DNA of 64,000 nucleotides. Source: Vicinamibacteria bacterium (lineage in GTDB: Bacteria; Acidobacteriota; Vicinamibacteria; Marinacidobacterales; Marinacidobacteraceae). Position 1 is the first letter of the stretch. Every line of letters starts with the position of its first letter. The stretch is from the NCBI GenBank assembly GCA_963668695.2, contig CAXXLQ010000004.1, forward strand, positions 3,168,001 through 3,232,000. Reading direction: 5' to 3'. Positions 51,432 to 61,041 of the stretch are shown piece after piece. Below the pieces are notes generated by a model, which did not search any database, was not told the DNA's origin, and saw only the letters and a program-made list of their open reading frames with translations. Both the position numbers and the translations under genes were made by a program.

Positions 51432-51743
51432 ACCCCATCCATCTCGTGGGCCGAGTGGACGTCGGCGCCAAGGGGTTCACAGAGTTGCTGCGGAGGATGG
51501 TCACGGTACATGCCTGATGCGATGGATACGACCGGACTTGTTGAAGCGTCTCCCTGACGCGCGTGGCGACGAGATCCGCGCCCCCGGGCTTTCCGCGGCG
51601 ACTCCGTAGCGATTCGGCTTCCGCGCCGGTCGCGCGAGTCTCGGGCGAGGGATCGCGTCCGCCTCGGCGTCGAGCCCGGTCGCCCGGGGCGGGCCCGCGG
51701 CATGGTGATCGACCCGGGCGAAGTGGCCCACAATCGCCTCGCC

Positions 51744-51906
51744 ATGGACCACCTCACTCCCGCGGGATTCGCCACCCAGGGCCGCGAGGTCCTCGACTGG
51801 ATCCGGGCGGGCCTACTGGGAGCGGGTCGAGGGTCTGCCGGTCCTGTCGCGGGTCCGCCCCGGCGACCTCCGGGCCCGCCTGCCTGAGCATCCGCCGGAA
51901 CAGGAG
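51744..51906 (+). pseudogene. 5' fragment of a PLP-dependent aromatic amino-acid decarboxylase-like gene
   Basis: MDHLTPAGFATQGREVLDWI, then after a frame change AYWERVEGLPVLSRVRPGDLRARLPEHPPEQ, resembling the group II decarboxylase N-terminus. Confidence 0.65.
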
Positions 51907-51981
51907 AACGAACGGGCCGGGCCCGCTCCCGAGCTTTCGCCGGAACTCGCCGCCGCGCTCGAGGCGCGCGGCTACCGGTAG
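51901..51981 (+). repeat. Direct repeat 1, second copy (orphan 3' end of the sulfatase-like gene)
   Basis: Encodes QENERAGPAPELSPELAAALEARGYR* versus QENERAGPGPQLSPDLAAALEARGYR*. Confidence 0.9.
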
Positions 51982-52032
51982 GGGAAGGTCCCACCGCCAG
52001 CGAAGGTCCCGCCGCTAGCCAAGATCCCGGCG

Positions 52033-52593
52033 CTAGCGAAGAGCCTCGACCCTCTCGAAGGTCATCGAGTTCCCGCTCGGGAAGAACAGGGTCAGGAGGT
52101 TTCCTTCCACCGTGACCTCGCAGGGCTCGCGGTGGTTGTCGGCGGCTTCGGCGGCCGAGCGGAGCGCCATTGCCAGCGGAGCGGCAGGCAGCGGTCCGGC
52201 GGCCTCGCCCGCGGACAGGTGGTATTGATGGGTCAGGAGCAGCGACTTCCCGTCCCGGGACCACTCCCCGCCCTCGGCCGATCCCCGCAGCGTGGATCCG
52301 TCCTCTCCGGTCACGAAGAAGACCACGAACCACTCGCCGCTGCCGCCGTCTTCCCGGCTCGCCAGAAAGACGATCCTGCCGTCCACCGGCAGTTCCTCGC
52401 CGCCCTCCAGGCGGTATGCCCCCGGACGCCAGGAACCCACGATGGGATCGACCGCGGCCGCGACCCTCGGGGTGTCGGAATCGGCGGCCGTCGGCTCGCC
52501 CGGCGAACCGCAGGCGCCGAGCGCGAGGAGGCTGACCGCCAGCACGGAAGAGGGGGCGGGCCGGGCGACCGAAGGAGGAGGATTGGACAGCAT
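52033..52593 (-). CDS. Hypothetical lipoprotein (beta-rich, possibly lipocalin-like)
   Basis: Lipobox LGAC, DPIVGSW, C-terminal MTFER. Confidence 0.6.
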   Translation of the reverse strand: MLSNPPPSVARPAPSSVLAVSLLALGACGSPGEPTAADSDTPRVAAAVDPIVGSWRPGAYRLEGGEELPVDGRIVFLASREDGGSGEWFVVFFVTGEDGSTLRGSAEGGEWSRDGKSLLLTHQYHLSAGEAAGPLPAAPLAMALRSAAEAADNHREPCEVTVEGNLLTLFFPSGNSMTFERVEALR

Positions 52594-52662
52594 ACGAAAG
52601 AGAGGCTATCCGGTCCGCGGCCCGGAGGCGGCCAACCCCGGCGTCCCGCGGAGTAACCTTCC

Positions 52663-53613
52663 GTGCCCATGAGAATCAGGGGGCAAGCGGCGCGCTGCGC
52701 CGTTGCCGGAAGCCTGGCGGCCTGCCTGCTCTTCCTGCCGGCGTGCTCTTCGTTCATCACGAACATTGCGGTGAATTCCCTCGCCGCGGTGCTCGCCGAA
52801 GGCGAGGCCGTATTCCGCTCGGACGATGACCTCGGCCTCGTCGAAGGGGCCCTCGCCAACAACCTGAAGCTGATGGAGACTCTCCTCGAAACCAGCCCGG
52901 AAAACCGGGAGGTCCTCCTGAGCGCTACCAAGGGTTTCCTGCTCTACGCCTACGGGTTCGTGGAGCCGGACCTCTTCAAGCTGGACTTCACCCAATTCGA
53001 CGAAAAGCAAGCGGTGCGGAGGCGGGCCGCGCGGCTCTACCGGCGCGCCACCGACTACGGACTGCGCGGGCTCGAGGTGGACTACCCGGGGATCAGCGAG
53101 CGGCTCCGGCGCGATCCCGAAGCGGCGGTGATGGAACTCGAGGTGGAGGATGCCGGGCTCGCGCTGTGGACCGGAACCGCGATCGGCGCCCGGATCGGGA
53201 TGGAGACCGACAATCCCGAGGCCACCGCGGATCTGTCGGTCATGGGAGCGCTGCTCTACCGGTCGCGGGAACTCGACGACGGCGTGGACGCCGGAGTGGT
53301 GTACGACTATCTGAGCATCTACGAGACGGCCCGGATCGGGGGCTCCCTCGACGAGGCCCGCGAGTACTACGAACACGCCCTCCAGCTCGGGCCGGATCGG
53401 CGGCCGGTGCTCTGGTCCACCTGGGCGGAAACCGGGTCAGTCGCCGGCGGCGACCGGGAGGAGTTCGAAACCCTCCTGCAGCAGACGCTCGATTTCGACA
53501 TCGACAGCGAACCGGAAGGCCGCCTCCTGAATCGGGTGGCGCAGAAACGGGCGGCCTGGCTGCTCGCCAACGTGGACGACTATTTCTTCGACGAAATGCA
53601 GGACCACTGCTGA
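52663..53613 (+). CDS. TRAP transporter TatT component family lipoprotein
   Basis: Lipobox LPAC, DDDLGLV..AL..NLKLMETLL, YAYGFV, AARLYRRA..YGLRGL; upstream of dctP. Confidence 0.82.
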   Translation: MPMRIRGQAARCAVAGSLAACLLFLPACSSFITNIAVNSLAAVLAEGEAVFRSDDDLGLVEGALANNLKLMETLLETSPENREVLLSATKGFLLYAYGFVEPDLFKLDFTQFDEKQAVRRRAARLYRRATDYGLRGLEVDYPGISERLRRDPEAAVMELEVEDAGLALWTGTAIGARIGMETDNPEATADLSVMGALLYRSRELDDGVDAGVVYDYLSIYETARIGGSLDEAREYYEHALQLGPDRRPVLWSTWAETGSVAGGDREEFETLLQQTLDFDIDSEPEGRLLNRVAQKRAAWLLANVDDYFFDEMQDHC

Positions 53614-53623
53614 GGATCCCGTC

Positions 53624-54655
53624 ATGAACAGACTCAAGGAGCTTTTCTCCGCCCGGCGCGGCGTCCTATTGGCGGCCGCCGGTCTCGCCCTCCTCCTGCC
53701 GGCGGCCGCGGCCGAGGCGCAGGTCAACCTGCGTCTCGCCACGGTGGCGCCCCGGGGATCTGCCTGGTACCTCATCCTCGACAAGATGGTGGCCGCCATC
53801 GGCCGGGACACCGGGGGCGAAGTGCACATCCGCATCATCGCCGGGGGCGCCGCCGGCGACGAGAGCGACATGATCCGCAAGATGCGGCTCGGTCAGGTCC
53901 AGATCGCCGCGGTCTCCAATGTGGGCCTCGCGGAGCTGGACTCGAGTGCCTGGACGCTTTCCATTCCCATGGTGTTCCGTAACTATGCTGAATGGGACCA
54001 TGTCCGGGAAGCCATGAATCCGAGCATCGAGGAGGCGCTCCGGGGACACGGGTTCCGGACTCTCGCCTGGGCCGACGTGGGGTGGCTTCACTTCTTCGCG
54101 AGCAAACCCGTCAATTCACTCGACGACCTGAAGAACCTGAAGCTGGCGGGCGCCGCGAGCGACCCGACGGTGCTCGATCTCCTGCGCTGGGCGGGTTTCG
54201 ACCCGGTCCAGATCAACACGGTCGAACTCGTCAGCGGCTTTCAGACCGGGCTCGTCGAAGCGGCGCCCCTGCCGGTCATCCTCGCGGAGGGATCCCAGCT
54301 CTACCGTTCGGCCGAGTTCATGAACGACCTGCCCTGGGCGCCGATGCAGGGCGCCCTCATCATCCACGATCAGGGATGGGACCGGCTGGACCCCTCCCAG
54401 CAGGAGGTGGTCGCCCGCCGGAGCCAGGAAGCGGCGCTGGAACTCCGCGCGACGAACCGCGAGCAGGAGCGGAAATCGCTGGAGGCGATGAAATCCCGTG
54501 GCCTCCAGGTGATCGAAGCCTCCGCGGCGTTCGAAGCCGATTGGCTCGAGGCGGCCGAAGTGATGTTCCCGATGATCCGGGAACGCCTGGTCCCTGCCCC
54601 GGTGTTCGACCGGGTAATCCGGCTCCGCGACGAGTTCCGGGCGGCCCGGGAGTAG
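53624..54655 (+). CDS. dctP: TRAP transporter substrate-binding protein DctP
   Basis: LRLATVAPRGSAW, GGAAGDESDMIRKMRLGQ, FQTGLVE. Confidence 0.88.
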   Translation: MNRLKELFSARRGVLLAAAGLALLLPAAAAEAQVNLRLATVAPRGSAWYLILDKMVAAIGRDTGGEVHIRIIAGGAAGDESDMIRKMRLGQVQIAAVSNVGLAELDSSAWTLSIPMVFRNYAEWDHVREAMNPSIEEALRGHGFRTLAWADVGWLHFFASKPVNSLDDLKNLKLAGAASDPTVLDLLRWAGFDPVQINTVELVSGFQTGLVEAAPLPVILAEGSQLYRSAEFMNDLPWAPMQGALIIHDQGWDRLDPSQQEVVARRSQEAALELRATNREQERKSLEAMKSRGLQVIEASAAFEADWLEAAEVMFPMIRERLVPAPVFDRVIRLRDEFRAARE

Positions 54656-54679
54656 GGCGAGTAGGGAACCTGCCGCCCC

Positions 54680-56527
54680 ATGAGCGAGGCCGCCGCCGAA
54701 GAAACCTCCGGATCCGCCCCGTCGCCCGGACGCCTCGCGGGGTTCGAGGACGCCCTCTCGGTGGGCGCCCTGGTCCTGATGGCGGCGATCCCGATCGGGG
54801 AGGCGCTCATCCGGCCGGTGTATCCGACCGGGATTCCCGGTTCGACCACGTGGGTGCAACACCTCGCGCTCTGGGTGGGTTTCCTGGGAGCGGCGGTGGC
54901 GGCCCGCCGGGGGGAACTGCTCTCGCTCAGCGCGGGCCCGAGCATGGCGTCCGACGTCTGGCGACCGCGACTCCTCTCGCTCTCCGGCGCCGTCGGCGTC
55001 GTGGTGTCGATCGTACTCGCCTACGCGAGCGTGGTGCTGATCCGCGCGGAGTGGTCGGGTGGGCGCGAGCTCGCTTTCGGAGTTCCGGTATGGGTTGCCG
55101 AAGGCGTGATGCCGGTGGGCTTCTTGCTGATCGGCTGGCGGCTCTTCCGCCGGATCCCGACCCGCTGGGGCCGCTGGGCGGCCATCCTCGGCCTCGCCAT
55201 CCCGCTCCTGCTGCACGAGGGACTCACCGGGTTCGACCTCACCGGGAACGGGATCGAATGGCCGCTGCTCGCCCTGATCCTGATTGCCGCGGCGTTCGGA
55301 GCCCCGATCTTCGTGGCGCTCGGCGGCGCCGCCGCCGTGCTCCTGTGGAGCAACTGGGACCCGGTCGCCGCGATTCCCGCGGAGGCCTACAGCATGGTCA
55401 GCAAGCCGATGCTGCCGACCATCCCGCTGTTCACCCTCGCGGGCTACATCCTCGCCGAAGGCGGCGCTCCGAAACGGCTCGTGATCCTCTTCCGCGGGCT
55501 CTTCGGCTGGATGCCGGGCGGGATCGCGGTGGTCGCCCTCGTGGTGTCGGCGTTTTTCACCTCTTTCACCGGGGGAAGCGGGGTGACGATCCTCGCGATG
55601 GGGGGCCTGATGTACCCCATGATGCTCGCCGAAGGGCACCGTCCGAAGTTTTCGACCGGTCTCCTGACCGCGGCGGGCTCGCTGGGGCTCCTGCTGCCCC
55701 CCTCGCTGGCCGTCATCCTCTACGCGCTCATCGCCGAGGTGGACATCTCGCGGCTTTTCGTGGCCGGAATCGTCCCGACGGTGATCCAGATCGGGCTGGT
55801 GGCGGGTTTCACCATCTTCGTGACCCGGCGCTTCGCCGGCAAGACGTCCCCCTTCCAGGTGCGCGAGGCGGCGCGGGCGGTCTGGATCGCCAAGTGGGAA
55901 GCGGCCATCCCCATCGTGGTTCTGGGGGTCATCCTCGGCGGGTTCGCGACCCTCGTGGAGGCGGCCGCCCTCACGGTCCTTTACGCGCTCTTCATCGAGT
56001 TCGTGGTGCACCGGGAGGGGAAAACGCTTTCCGACCTCGTCCGCACCGGTGGGAACGCGGTAACCCTGATCGGCGGCGTGCTGCTCATCCTGGGCACCGC
56101 GCTCGGGCTCACCAACTACCTGATTTTCGCCGACATCCCGGGCACCGCGGTCGACTGGGTCCAATCGTTCGTGGCCTCCCCGCTGTTCTTCCTGCTGTTA
56201 CTGAACGTCTTCCTGCTGGTGGTCGGGTGTCTCATGGACATCTATTCGGCGATCGTGGTCGTCGTCCCCCTGATCGTTCCCCTCGGGCTCGCCTATGGAG
56301 TGGACCCGGTCCACCTCGGCATCATCTTCCTGACGAACCTCGAACTGGGCTATCTCACCCCGCCGGTGGGCATGAACCTCTTCCTCGCCTCCTACCGGTT
56401 CAAAAGGCCCCTCGGCGAGGTCTATCGCGCGTCCGTCCCCTTCTTGCTGATTCGAGCCGGCGCGGTACTGCTCGTGACCTACATCCCGTATCTCACGCTC
56501 GCGTTGCCGGGGCTGGTGTTCGACTAG
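54680..56527 (+). CDS. TRAP transporter fused small/large permease (DctQM)
   Basis: IPLFTLAG, GGSGVTI, GSLGLLLPPS, GVDPVHLG, GYLTPPVGMNLF. Confidence 0.9.
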   Translation: MSEAAAEETSGSAPSPGRLAGFEDALSVGALVLMAAIPIGEALIRPVYPTGIPGSTTWVQHLALWVGFLGAAVAARRGELLSLSAGPSMASDVWRPRLLSLSGAVGVVVSIVLAYASVVLIRAEWSGGRELAFGVPVWVAEGVMPVGFLLIGWRLFRRIPTRWGRWAAILGLAIPLLLHEGLTGFDLTGNGIEWPLLALILIAAAFGAPIFVALGGAAAVLLWSNWDPVAAIPAEAYSMVSKPMLPTIPLFTLAGYILAEGGAPKRLVILFRGLFGWMPGGIAVVALVVSAFFTSFTGGSGVTILAMGGLMYPMMLAEGHRPKFSTGLLTAAGSLGLLLPPSLAVILYALIAEVDISRLFVAGIVPTVIQIGLVAGFTIFVTRRFAGKTSPFQVREAARAVWIAKWEAAIPIVVLGVILGGFATLVEAAALTVLYALFIEFVVHREGKTLSDLVRTGGNAVTLIGGVLLILGTALGLTNYLIFADIPGTAVDWVQSFVASPLFFLLLLNVFLLVVGCLMDIYSAIVVVVPLIVPLGLAYGVDPVHLGIIFLTNLELGYLTPPVGMNLFLASYRFKRPLGEVYRASVPFLLIRAGAVLLVTYIPYLTLALPGLVFD

Positions 56528-56556
56528 CCCGAAAAGGGACTGCCTGAGGGCACCGA

Positions 56557-57816
56557 GTGGATTTCCAGATCGCCGACCGGCACCGGAAACGCCGTACCCG
56601 GCGGCTGATCTTCGCCGGCGGAGGGGTGGCCGCGCTGGCGGCGCTCCTGATCCTGCTCGGCAGGATCGCCCCCGGGCTCCCCGAGGTGAACCGCTCCGTC
56701 GTCTGGACCGGCGTTGTCGAGCGGGGCGAGCTCGTGCGGCAGGTGCGCGGCCCCGGCAGCCTGCAGGTTCCTCCCGAACAGATCCGCTGGCTGGCCGCGG
56801 AGACCCGCGGACGGGTTGAAGAGCGCCGCGTCCTGCCGGGGACGCCGGTCGAAGCGGACACCGTGCTGCTCGTCCTCTCCAATCCGGAGTTGGCGCAGCA
56901 GACCCGGGACGCCGAACTCCAGCTCCGCGCCCAGGAGGCGGAACTCCGCCGGCTGCTGGATCAGACCCGATCCAATTTGCTGGAGCAGCAAAACGCCGCC
57001 GGCCAGTTGGCCTCCTCCTCGACGAAGGCCCGGCGGCTCGCCGACGCCAACCAGAAACTCTTCGAGGCGGGATTCGTCGGGGAGCTGATCCACCGGCGCA
57101 GCCAGGTCAGCGCCGAAGAACTCAAGACCCGCCACGCACTCGAAGAGGAGCGTCTCTTCATCCTTTCCGATTCCAGCAAGGCGCAGCTCACCTCCAAGGA
57201 AGCGACGGTGGCGCGCTTTCGGGCGGTGCTGGCGCTCCGCCGGCGTCAGCTCGCGGCCCTCACGGTGCGGGCCGGACGGGTCGGAATCCTGCTGGAGGCT
57301 CCCGTCGAAGTCGGCCAGGAGGTGACCCCCGGGCAAAACCTCGCGCGGGTGGCCGATCCCCAGGAACTGAAGGCGGTGCTGCGGATCGCCGAGACGCAGG
57401 CGCGCGACATCGAGCCCGGCCAATCGGCGCTCGTGGACACCCGCAACGGTGTCATCGAGGGCGTCGTTTCCCGGGTGGATCCCGCGGTGCGCGACGGGAC
57501 GGTGGCGGTGGACATCCGGCTTGAGGGCGCGCTCCCCCGCGGCGCCCGTCCGGACCTTTCGGTGGACGGCACCATCGAACTGGACCGGATCCCGGACACG
57601 CTCCACGTCGGCCGGCCGGCCTACGGCCAGCCGGGGAGCACGGTTGGGCTCTTCCGGATCGCGCCCGACGGTCAGACCGCGGTGCGTGTTCCGGTCGAAC
57701 TCGGAAGGGGCTCGGTGAACCGCATCGAGGTGCTCGGCGGCCTCGCCGAGGGCGACGAGATCATCCTCTCGGACACCTCCGCCTGGGACACCTGGGACGC
57801 GATCCGGTTGCGGTAG
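56557..57816 (+). CDS. Efflux periplasmic adaptor (membrane fusion protein)
   Basis: VERGELVRQVRGPG, LSNPEL, coiled coil, RPDLSVDG, GLAEGDEIILSD. Confidence 0.85.
   Translation: MDFQIADRHRKRRTRRLIFAGGGVAALAALLILLGRIAPGLPEVNRSVVWTGVVERGELVRQVRGPGSLQVPPEQIRWLAAETRGRVEERRVLPGTPVEADTVLLVLSNPELAQQTRDAELQLRAQEAELRRLLDQTRSNLLEQQNAAGQLASSSTKARRLADANQKLFEAGFVGELIHRRSQVSAEELKTRHALEEERLFILSDSSKAQLTSKEATVARFRAVLALRRRQLAALTVRAGRVGILLEAPVEVGQEVTPGQNLARVADPQELKAVLRIAETQARDIEPGQSALVDTRNGVIEGVVSRVDPAVRDGTVAVDIRLEGALPRGARPDLSVDGTIELDRIPDTLHVGRPAYGQPGSTVGLFRIAPDGQTAVRVPVELGRGSVNRIEVLGGLAEGDEIILSDTSAWDTWDAIRLR
57681..57816 (+). repeat. Direct repeat 2 (3' end of the adaptor gene); second copy at 63447-63581
   Basis: 136 nt with 9 substitutions and 1 indel by eye alignment. 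Confidence 0.9.
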
Positions 57817-57925
57817 AGCGGCGTTCGAGCGCCCTGCACCGGTCCGGCAACTGGCTGTTGGCAGCCGGTGGAGCAAGTCACGCGGCCCGGTCCTTCCGGT
57901 GCGGGCCAGAGTGGCTGGTGTCCTT

Positions 57926-58168
57926 TCATTCATCAGGTGTCGGATAGAGGCGTTTCAGCTTGACGCGGGCGTCGTCCGTGGTGAACTGCCAGTTGACCCT
58001 GGCCTGAATGCGGTCTCGGGACGCCTGCCAGGCCGCGACCTCGTCGCGCAGGATCTGTCGCGCAGGATCTCGAGGGAGTCCAGGCGGCGATTGAGGCACT
58101 GACGGGTCATTACGTTGAGCTCGACCTCGGCGACGCTGAGCCAACTGCCGTGCCTGGGCGTGTCCCAT
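57926..58168 (-). mobile_element. IS630-family transposase C-terminal remnant
   Basis: TPRHGSWLSVAEVELNVMTRQCL ... WQFTTDDARVKLKRLYP split over two frames by a short duplication of TCGCGCAGGATCT. Confidence 0.8.
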
Positions 58169-58199
58169 TCAGGCGCTCTCGCCGTTGTCCGGTCGCCGT

Positions 58200-60902
58200 T
58201 CATTCGCCGCGGACGACGATCTCGGTGAGGCCGGAGCGCAACCCTTCCGCGTGGTGGAGGACGATGCGCACCCGGTCGGCGGCCTCCGGCGCGAACCGGA
58301 TTTGGTGGAGGCTCATCGAGAGCGGAATGTCGGGCGTCTGGGTCGCGTCCGGGAGATCGCGCCAACCGGAATCGCCATTCGCCACCTGCACCTCGATGCG
58401 TACCGGCGCGCCGGTGCCCCGGCTCTCCCAGCTCCATAAGTACAGATCGAGGCCGCTCACCGCTCGGCTCCCGCCAAGCGCGATCTCCACCCAGTCGCGC
58501 TGGCGGGGGGAGCCCAGCGCCGTCCACTGCCGGTCGGAGTAGCGGTTGAAGCCGATGCGCCCGTCGGTGAGTCGGCCGGCGACTCCCTCCGGGTCGAAAG
58601 AAGCCCGTACCGGCCGGGATCGGGCCAGGTTCGGCGTGCGGGTCCCGGGCTCCGGAAGCGGCGCGGGCACCTTCGCCCAGACCTCGATTTCGGAGAGTCC
58701 CGCCACCCGACCCGGCGGGTGGGTGAGCACCACCCGCAGGCGCCGGGTCGTGGTCGGCGCCAGCTCGACCCGGTTGGCGCGACGGCCCGCGGGGAGCGCC
58801 GGCGTCCGCTTTCGGACCCGGGCCGGAACGAAACGCCGGCCCTCCCAGACTTCGATCCGGTAGGAGGACGGAGCGGCGGCGAGCGGGGCCGCGCGCGCAC
58901 CACCGGGAAGCAGGTGCTCCGGGGCGTCCTCGGCTACCAGATCGGGGAGCCCCGCCGTGTCATCGAGAAAGTACAGCCGGACCTCCTCCACGGGGCGCGC
59001 CACGCCGAAGTCCACTTCCAGCCAATCCTCGTCTCTCGCGCCACTCGGCAGCCAGCGGTTCGGGGGGGCCCGGTGATACCAGAACTGGCCGTCCGACGCC
59101 CACCGAGGCGGATAGCGCGGGTGGGAACTGGAGGCGGAGACCGCGGGATACCAGTCGGGGCCGTTGTTCACCGCGAGGTTGCGGGGGCGCGCCGCCTCCG
59201 GGTCGGAGGGCGGCGGCGGCGCCAGGCGGGCGGGAAAACCGGCCAGATCCACCTCCAGCCGACCCGGATCGGCACGGTGCGCCGCCAGTTCCCCGTCGAC
59301 GAACAGCGAGAGGCCGGCGCCCCGCCGGTAGCGATCCCCGTCCCGGTCCCAGACCACGCTGACCGTTCGCCCACGGTAGGCCACTCCGTCGAGGGCGAAC
59401 CAGTCCCACTCCAGCGGCGCCAACGGGTTCACGACGAGCCGGTCGTCGTCCTGCGGTCGGAGGCCGACCAGCCCGGTGATGGCGAGGTCAACGAACGTCG
59501 AATGCAGGTAGTGCTCGCTGTGGAAGAAGCTGTCGTGCCCCGACCAGGAGCCCGTCTCCGGGTGGCTCGCCTCGGCGAGATAGGGGCGGCCCTGTTTGCG
59601 GTGCGAGAGCGCGTACGTCCGGAACAGCGCGAACCAGTCAGCGGCGTTCACCTCTTCCTGCTGGTACTCGTTCAGCAGTCTCGCCATGGCGGTGAGCGTC
59701 TGCGTGCTGGCGTAGGGCCACACATTGCCGCTCCAGACGCAGCACCGGGGAGATTCGTAGTAGAGCGGGTCGTTCTTCTCGGTGGTCCGCAGCCCGGCGC
59801 GGGCGTTGAAGCGTTCCGGGTCCATGAGAAACCCCCAGGCCGGCTCGTAACCGGGACCCGGGAGGCCGAACTGCCAGGGGACGAACCCGATGGCCTCCCG
59901 CCCGTAGGGGCTGCCCGCCCAGGGTCCGCTCTCGTAGGTGAGCGAACCGGCGCGGATCATCGCCCCGGGAGACGAGGCGGCGCGCCGCGCTCCCGCGACC
60001 GCCGCGGCGCCCTCGGGTTCGCTCCCGGAACCGGGCCAGGGGTCGTCCACGCCCGGCTCGTCCTCGGCGAACTGCGGGAAGAAGAAGCGGCGCTCGGGGT
60101 CCCAGAGCTCCTCCTGGATCCGGGCCCTCAGCTCGCCGGCGCGAGCTTCGAAAGCGGCGGCCGCCTCCAGGTCGCCGGCGAGTCGGTAGGTCCTGGCGAT
60201 GGCGGTCGCGTCGGCCCAGAGATAGCTGTTCAACGTGGGCCGATACCCCTCGGCCCCGTCGAACCACTGCTCGGTTTGCCGCGAGTTGATGTTGGTCTCC
60301 ATCCCATCGTGCATCCCATCCCAGCGGAACATCCGGTGCCCGCCGTCCCAGCGCTCCTTCATCCAGCCTTCGTACTGCCGCACCATCAGCGGCAGCATCG
60401 AAACCACCCAGTCCCGGTCGCCCAGCACCCGGTAGGCGGCCCACACGCCGTCGGCGTACCAGTTGGAATAGCTGCGGGGTTCGGCGCCGGGAGTTTCGAG
60501 CCAGTAGCGGGCGAAGTCGTCGAGGATGTCGGGGCGCTTCAGCCAGCGGATCTCGTAGAACTGATGCCCCAGGGGGCAGGAAATCGCCCCGTAGGCCCCG
60601 GACCAGAAGGGGCGGTCCATGAACTCGGTGAAGGTGTAGCCGTGCTCCGGGGAGCCGTAGACCAGGTGCTTCGTGAGCAGCTCCAAGCGGTAGTAGTAGG
60701 TCGCGTCAATCTCCGGGTCGGGCGTCTCGAGGAAGGGGACCGCCTCCCTGAACCAGTCGGTGTCGAGGTTGTCCCGCCAGTCGAAGCGGCCGAGCTGCGC
60801 TTCCGGATCAAGGATCGGCCCCGCGGGAGTCTCCGGGCTGCAAGCGGTGAGCAGCAGCGCGGCCGCCAGCGTGGCGCGGAACAGGCAGCGGGCGGAACTC
60901 AC
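58200..60902 (-). CDS. Glycoside hydrolase (MGH1/GH63-like fold) lipoprotein with C-terminal discoidin/F5-8-like domains
   Basis: Lipobox LTAC, IDATYYYR, TEF, DGME, RPTLNSY, WSGNVWPY, YLHSTFVD; DWLEVDFG and DWVEIALG repeats. Confidence 0.75.
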   Translation of the reverse strand: MSSARCLFRATLAAALLLTACSPETPAGPILDPEAQLGRFDWRDNLDTDWFREAVPFLETPDPEIDATYYYRLELLTKHLVYGSPEHGYTFTEFMDRPFWSGAYGAISCPLGHQFYEIRWLKRPDILDDFARYWLETPGAEPRSYSNWYADGVWAAYRVLGDRDWVVSMLPLMVRQYEGWMKERWDGGHRMFRWDGMHDGMETNINSRQTEQWFDGAEGYRPTLNSYLWADATAIARTYRLAGDLEAAAAFEARAGELRARIQEELWDPERRFFFPQFAEDEPGVDDPWPGSGSEPEGAAAVAGARRAASSPGAMIRAGSLTYESGPWAGSPYGREAIGFVPWQFGLPGPGYEPAWGFLMDPERFNARAGLRTTEKNDPLYYESPRCCVWSGNVWPYASTQTLTAMARLLNEYQQEEVNAADWFALFRTYALSHRKQGRPYLAEASHPETGSWSGHDSFFHSEHYLHSTFVDLAITGLVGLRPQDDDRLVVNPLAPLEWDWFALDGVAYRGRTVSVVWDRDGDRYRRGAGLSLFVDGELAAHRADPGRLEVDLAGFPARLAPPPPSDPEAARPRNLAVNNGPDWYPAVSASSSHPRYPPRWASDGQFWYHRAPPNRWLPSGARDEDWLEVDFGVARPVEEVRLYFLDDTAGLPDLVAEDAPEHLLPGGARAAPLAAAPSSYRIEVWEGRRFVPARVRKRTPALPAGRRANRVELAPTTTRRLRVVLTHPPGRVAGLSEIEVWAKVPAPLPEPGTRTPNLARSRPVRASFDPEGVAGRLTDGRIGFNRYSDRQWTALGSPRQRDWVEIALGGSRAVSGLDLYLWSWESRGTGAPVRIEVQVANGDSGWRDLPDATQTPDIPLSMSLHQIRFAPEAADRVRIVLHHAEGLRSGLTEIVVRGE

Positions 60903-61041
60903 GGCCGCATCGTATGGGAGGACGGCCGGGGGCCGTTGCCGCCCGGCGGCGCATCCGGCAGCCTGGCGGCGGGCCGCCGGCTCCGGACCGCCGGTTCCGG
61001 GCCCGGCCGGGATCAGCCGGCAGTGGTCGCTCAGGGGTCGC

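Noticed and set aside
57852-57908. Possible additional MITE copy
   Set aside because: Only a degenerate single end resembling the start of M3; no core or partner end
57926-58168. IS630 remnant as the mobiliser of the MITEs
   Set aside because: It shares TA targeting in principle, but it is a short broken fragment and I see no end similarity to the MITE termini
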